From Tricharina praecox (lineage: Eukaryota): a stretch of 64,000 nucleotides of DNA. The notes below the pieces were generated by a model. That model had not been told where the DNA came from. It ran no database searches and saw nothing but the letters and a program-made list of their open reading frames with translations. Numbering within the stretch: the stretch's first letter is position 1; each line of letters begins with the position of its first letter. The stretch covers positions 496,001-560,000 of the forward strand of contig NW_026250421.1 in the NCBI RefSeq assembly GCF_024521635.1, in the 5' to 3' direction. Made by a program: the position numbers and the translations under genes. Below are positions 61,356 through 64,000 of this stretch, piece after piece.

Positions 61356-61951
61356 ATGACGACCTCACCAGACCGCCTCAGCAACGACGCCGTACTATTC
61401 CCTTTCCTCCCTCCCCTCCTGCCGACGGTTCCGTGAGCACGAGGGTCCAGCTCGCCGTCCATCCCAGCCAGTCTGGGAACATCTGGCGGCAGCTGAACCC
61501 TCGCGCGCACCGAGCCATCGTCCCAGCGCAACATCACAAGCTTCACTTAACTGACGTATGCACAACCAGTTCTTCACGGCGCTCACCACTCTCCTAACGA
61601 CCGCCACAACCGCGCAGAAGTCGAGTATATTCCTGACGCAGAAATCCCGTGCGGCCCTCCACTCCATCCCTCCCCCCTCCATCCCCGAGCTCCGCTAACA
61701 CCCACCTAGTAACCCTCCCCACCGCCGATGGAGCACCGGGCACACTCTTGATCCGCGCCTCAGACGGCGCGGGGAAGGGGCAGAAGGGGGTGAAGATCTC
61801 GACGGAGGTGGGGGCAGAGGAGCTGGACGCGTTCTTTGTGCGGTACGCGGACGTGTGCAAGGCTGGCATGGGCGCGCTGAAGAAGCGGGACAGGAAGAAG
61901 AGGAGGAAGGTTAAGAAGGGGGATAAGGTCGAGAAGGTCGTTGCCGCGTGA
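61356..61951 (+). CDS. SRP14: Signal recognition particle 14 kDa subunit; introns 61392-61569 and 61649-61709
   Basis: Spliced product MTTSPDRLSNDAFFTALTTLL...SIFLTQK...LLIRASDG...KISTEV...LDAFFVRYADVCKAGMGALKKRDRKK matches the Srp14 pattern. Confidence 0.92.
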
Positions 61952-62547
61952 GATGGAGTAGGAGGAGGAGGGAGGGCAGTGGCAATGACAATGGCTATGG
62001 GTGCAGAATAAGGTGCAGAATACTCATGGCCCATGGACTATGAAGGATTACTGTCGTCGCTACGATAGAGGATGGAGGAATAACACGGGCTTATGAGCTA
62101 CGCAGCTGACAGTATCACGCCGTCCCCCGCCCCTCGCCTTACAAATGATAATCTTGGAGACGGATATGGGTGAATCGACCGCAATGGATACGCTGCCCCC
62201 CGCTAGCCGTCGAGTGGCCAGTAACCACCCCCGGAAACACCGCATACCAGTATCACGGTTGTGGGTAACTACTGGCCGAGCTGGATGAGCTCTAATCCAC
62301 CACCTGGCATATACCTCCCCATCCAAGCTTCAGGCATCAAGCTTCATGTAGACAAACAATCAATCGGCTGCAGCATGTACACTCACTCAATTGATCAATA
62401 AAGCGAAACAAAAACACAAAAACACAAAAAAAAGAAAAGGCGACGCGAAAGAATATCTACACTAAAAAGACCTAAAACCCAAAGAAATTACCCCGACCGC
62501 CCCCGTTCCCCATCATCTTCCAAATCAAAACTCCCATCGCGTGCAAT

Positions 62548-64000
62548 CTACTCCTCAGAATCCTCTTCCGCGACCTGTGACACATCGTTAGCCAATAAGT
62601 TCTGCGAGAGTGAGTGTAGATTACAGGAGGGGGAGACATACGTCGTCATGGAAAGTCTTGCCCTCGGTAGTGGGCTTGATGACGCCGACGCGAATGCAGA
62701 AGTCACCAAAGCGCTCGCCGTCCTCACGCTCAAGTGCGTAGCGCTTGAACAGGGGGCGGACGATATCGAGGATCTCCTCCTCCTTGATGGACGAGCGGTA
62801 CAGCTTGTTGAGACGCTGGCCGTGGTAGCCTCCGCCCAGGTACATGTTGTAAGCACCGAAGGCCTTTCCAACGAACGCGATCTCGGCGAGCCACGGGCGC
62901 GCACAGCCGTTAGGACATCCGGTCATCCGCATCACGACGGAGTCGTGGCGCAGTCCGTGTTCCTCGAGAACGCCCTCGACCTTCGAGATCAGCACGGGGA
63001 GGTAGCGCTCCGACTCGGCCATGGCGAGGCCACAGGTGGGGAAGGCGACACAGGCGGAGGACGACAGGCGGAGCCCGGTGAATTGGTAGTTGTCCAGCTT
63101 GTACTTCGCCATGAGGTCCTTGAGTGCGGGCAAGTCTGCGTCGGCGACGTTGGAGAGGATCAGGTGCTGGTTGCCGGTAAGGCGGAACTCGCCCTTGTGC
63201 ACCTTTGCGATCTCGCGGAGGCCGGTCTTCATCTGGAACTCGGCGGTATCCTCGATACGTCCGTTCTCGATGAAGAAGGTGAAGTGGTTGAGACCTGTCT
63301 CGTCCTTGACCCAGCCGAAAGTGTCGACGTTGCTCTCGAAGTGGAAGGAACGCTCCTCCTCGAGCTGCCAGCCGAGCAGTTCCTCGACCTTCTGCTTGTA
63401 CACGGGGACGGTGAGGTCGTCGACGGTGTACTTCAGACGGGCGTGCTTGCGGTTCTTGCGGTCACCATGGTCGCGCTGGATCAGCATGACCTTCTCGCAG
63501 ACAAGGTGGACCTTGTCAACGGTCGAGAAACCGATCGAGCTACCAGTGCGAGGGTAGGTCTTGGTGTTGTTGTGAGTGACTCCCATTCCTCCACCGATGA
63601 GGACGTTGAAACCAGCCAGCTTGCCATCCTCGCCCTTGATGGCGATGAGACCTACGTCGTGAGCGTACACGTCGGTGTCGTTGTGCGGGGGCACGGCAAT
63701 GGTGATCTTGAACTTCCTGGGGAGGTAGGTGGGGCCGTAGAGGGGCTCGTGGTCGACAACGGCGTCACCGGCAACCTGCACCTTCTTATCGTTCTCGTCC
63801 ATGAGCCAGATCTCATGGTAGGCGGTGGTGTTGGGCAGGAGGTGGTCGCTGATGACCTGTGCAACGGCCTGGACCTCGGCGTGGAAGGCAGCCTGGGTGG
63901 GAAGGGAGCTGCACATGACGTTACGGTTGACATCACCGCAGGCGGCGATGGTGGTCATCAGAGCCTGGTTGATGGCACGCATGGAGTTCTTGAGGTCAGT
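62548..64000 (-). CDS. MET5: Sulfite reductase [NADPH] beta (hemoprotein) subunit, 3' part; last intron 62575-62641; 5' end outside the window
   Basis: ACGDVNRNVMC, YLPRKFKI, siroheme/4Fe-4S ligands ACVAFPTCGLAMAESER and MTGCPNGCAR, and ERFGDFCIR. The final exon reads VAEEDSEE*. Confidence 0.95.

Noticed and set aside
1..64000. tRNA, rRNA or snRNA genes
   Set aside because: None recognised by eye; a covariance-model scan would be needed to exclude them.

Overview
Eukaryotic DNA from a filamentous ascomycete: short GT-AG introns with CTRAC branch sites and typical fungal genes. A Pezizomycete-like origin is my unverified impression. Conserved genes sit at both ends: MDM34 at the left, and a Ubp12-type deubiquitinase, SRP14 and the 3' part of the sulfite reductase beta subunit at the right. 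From about 8 to 34 kb is an accessory-like stretch. It holds an RRM-like gene head-to-head with a disrupted C2H2/DEDDh exonuclease gene, a crystallin-like small secreted protein, a PTH11-like receptor, orphan ORFs and relics, a GPI-type wall protein, and a 1-kb foldback derivative of a pogo/Fot1 transposon. A 579-aa Ser/Pro-rich gene is preceded by about 15 kb of gene-free, microsatellite-dense DNA. The best leads are: (i) ORFs broken by lesions that a single A-to-G change would repair, so candidates for restorative A-to-I editing or simply pseudogenes; (ii) a long hairpin filling the oversized first intron of SRP14; (iii) the foldback transposon with two convergent transposase 5' ends. All calls were made by eye and no searches were run.
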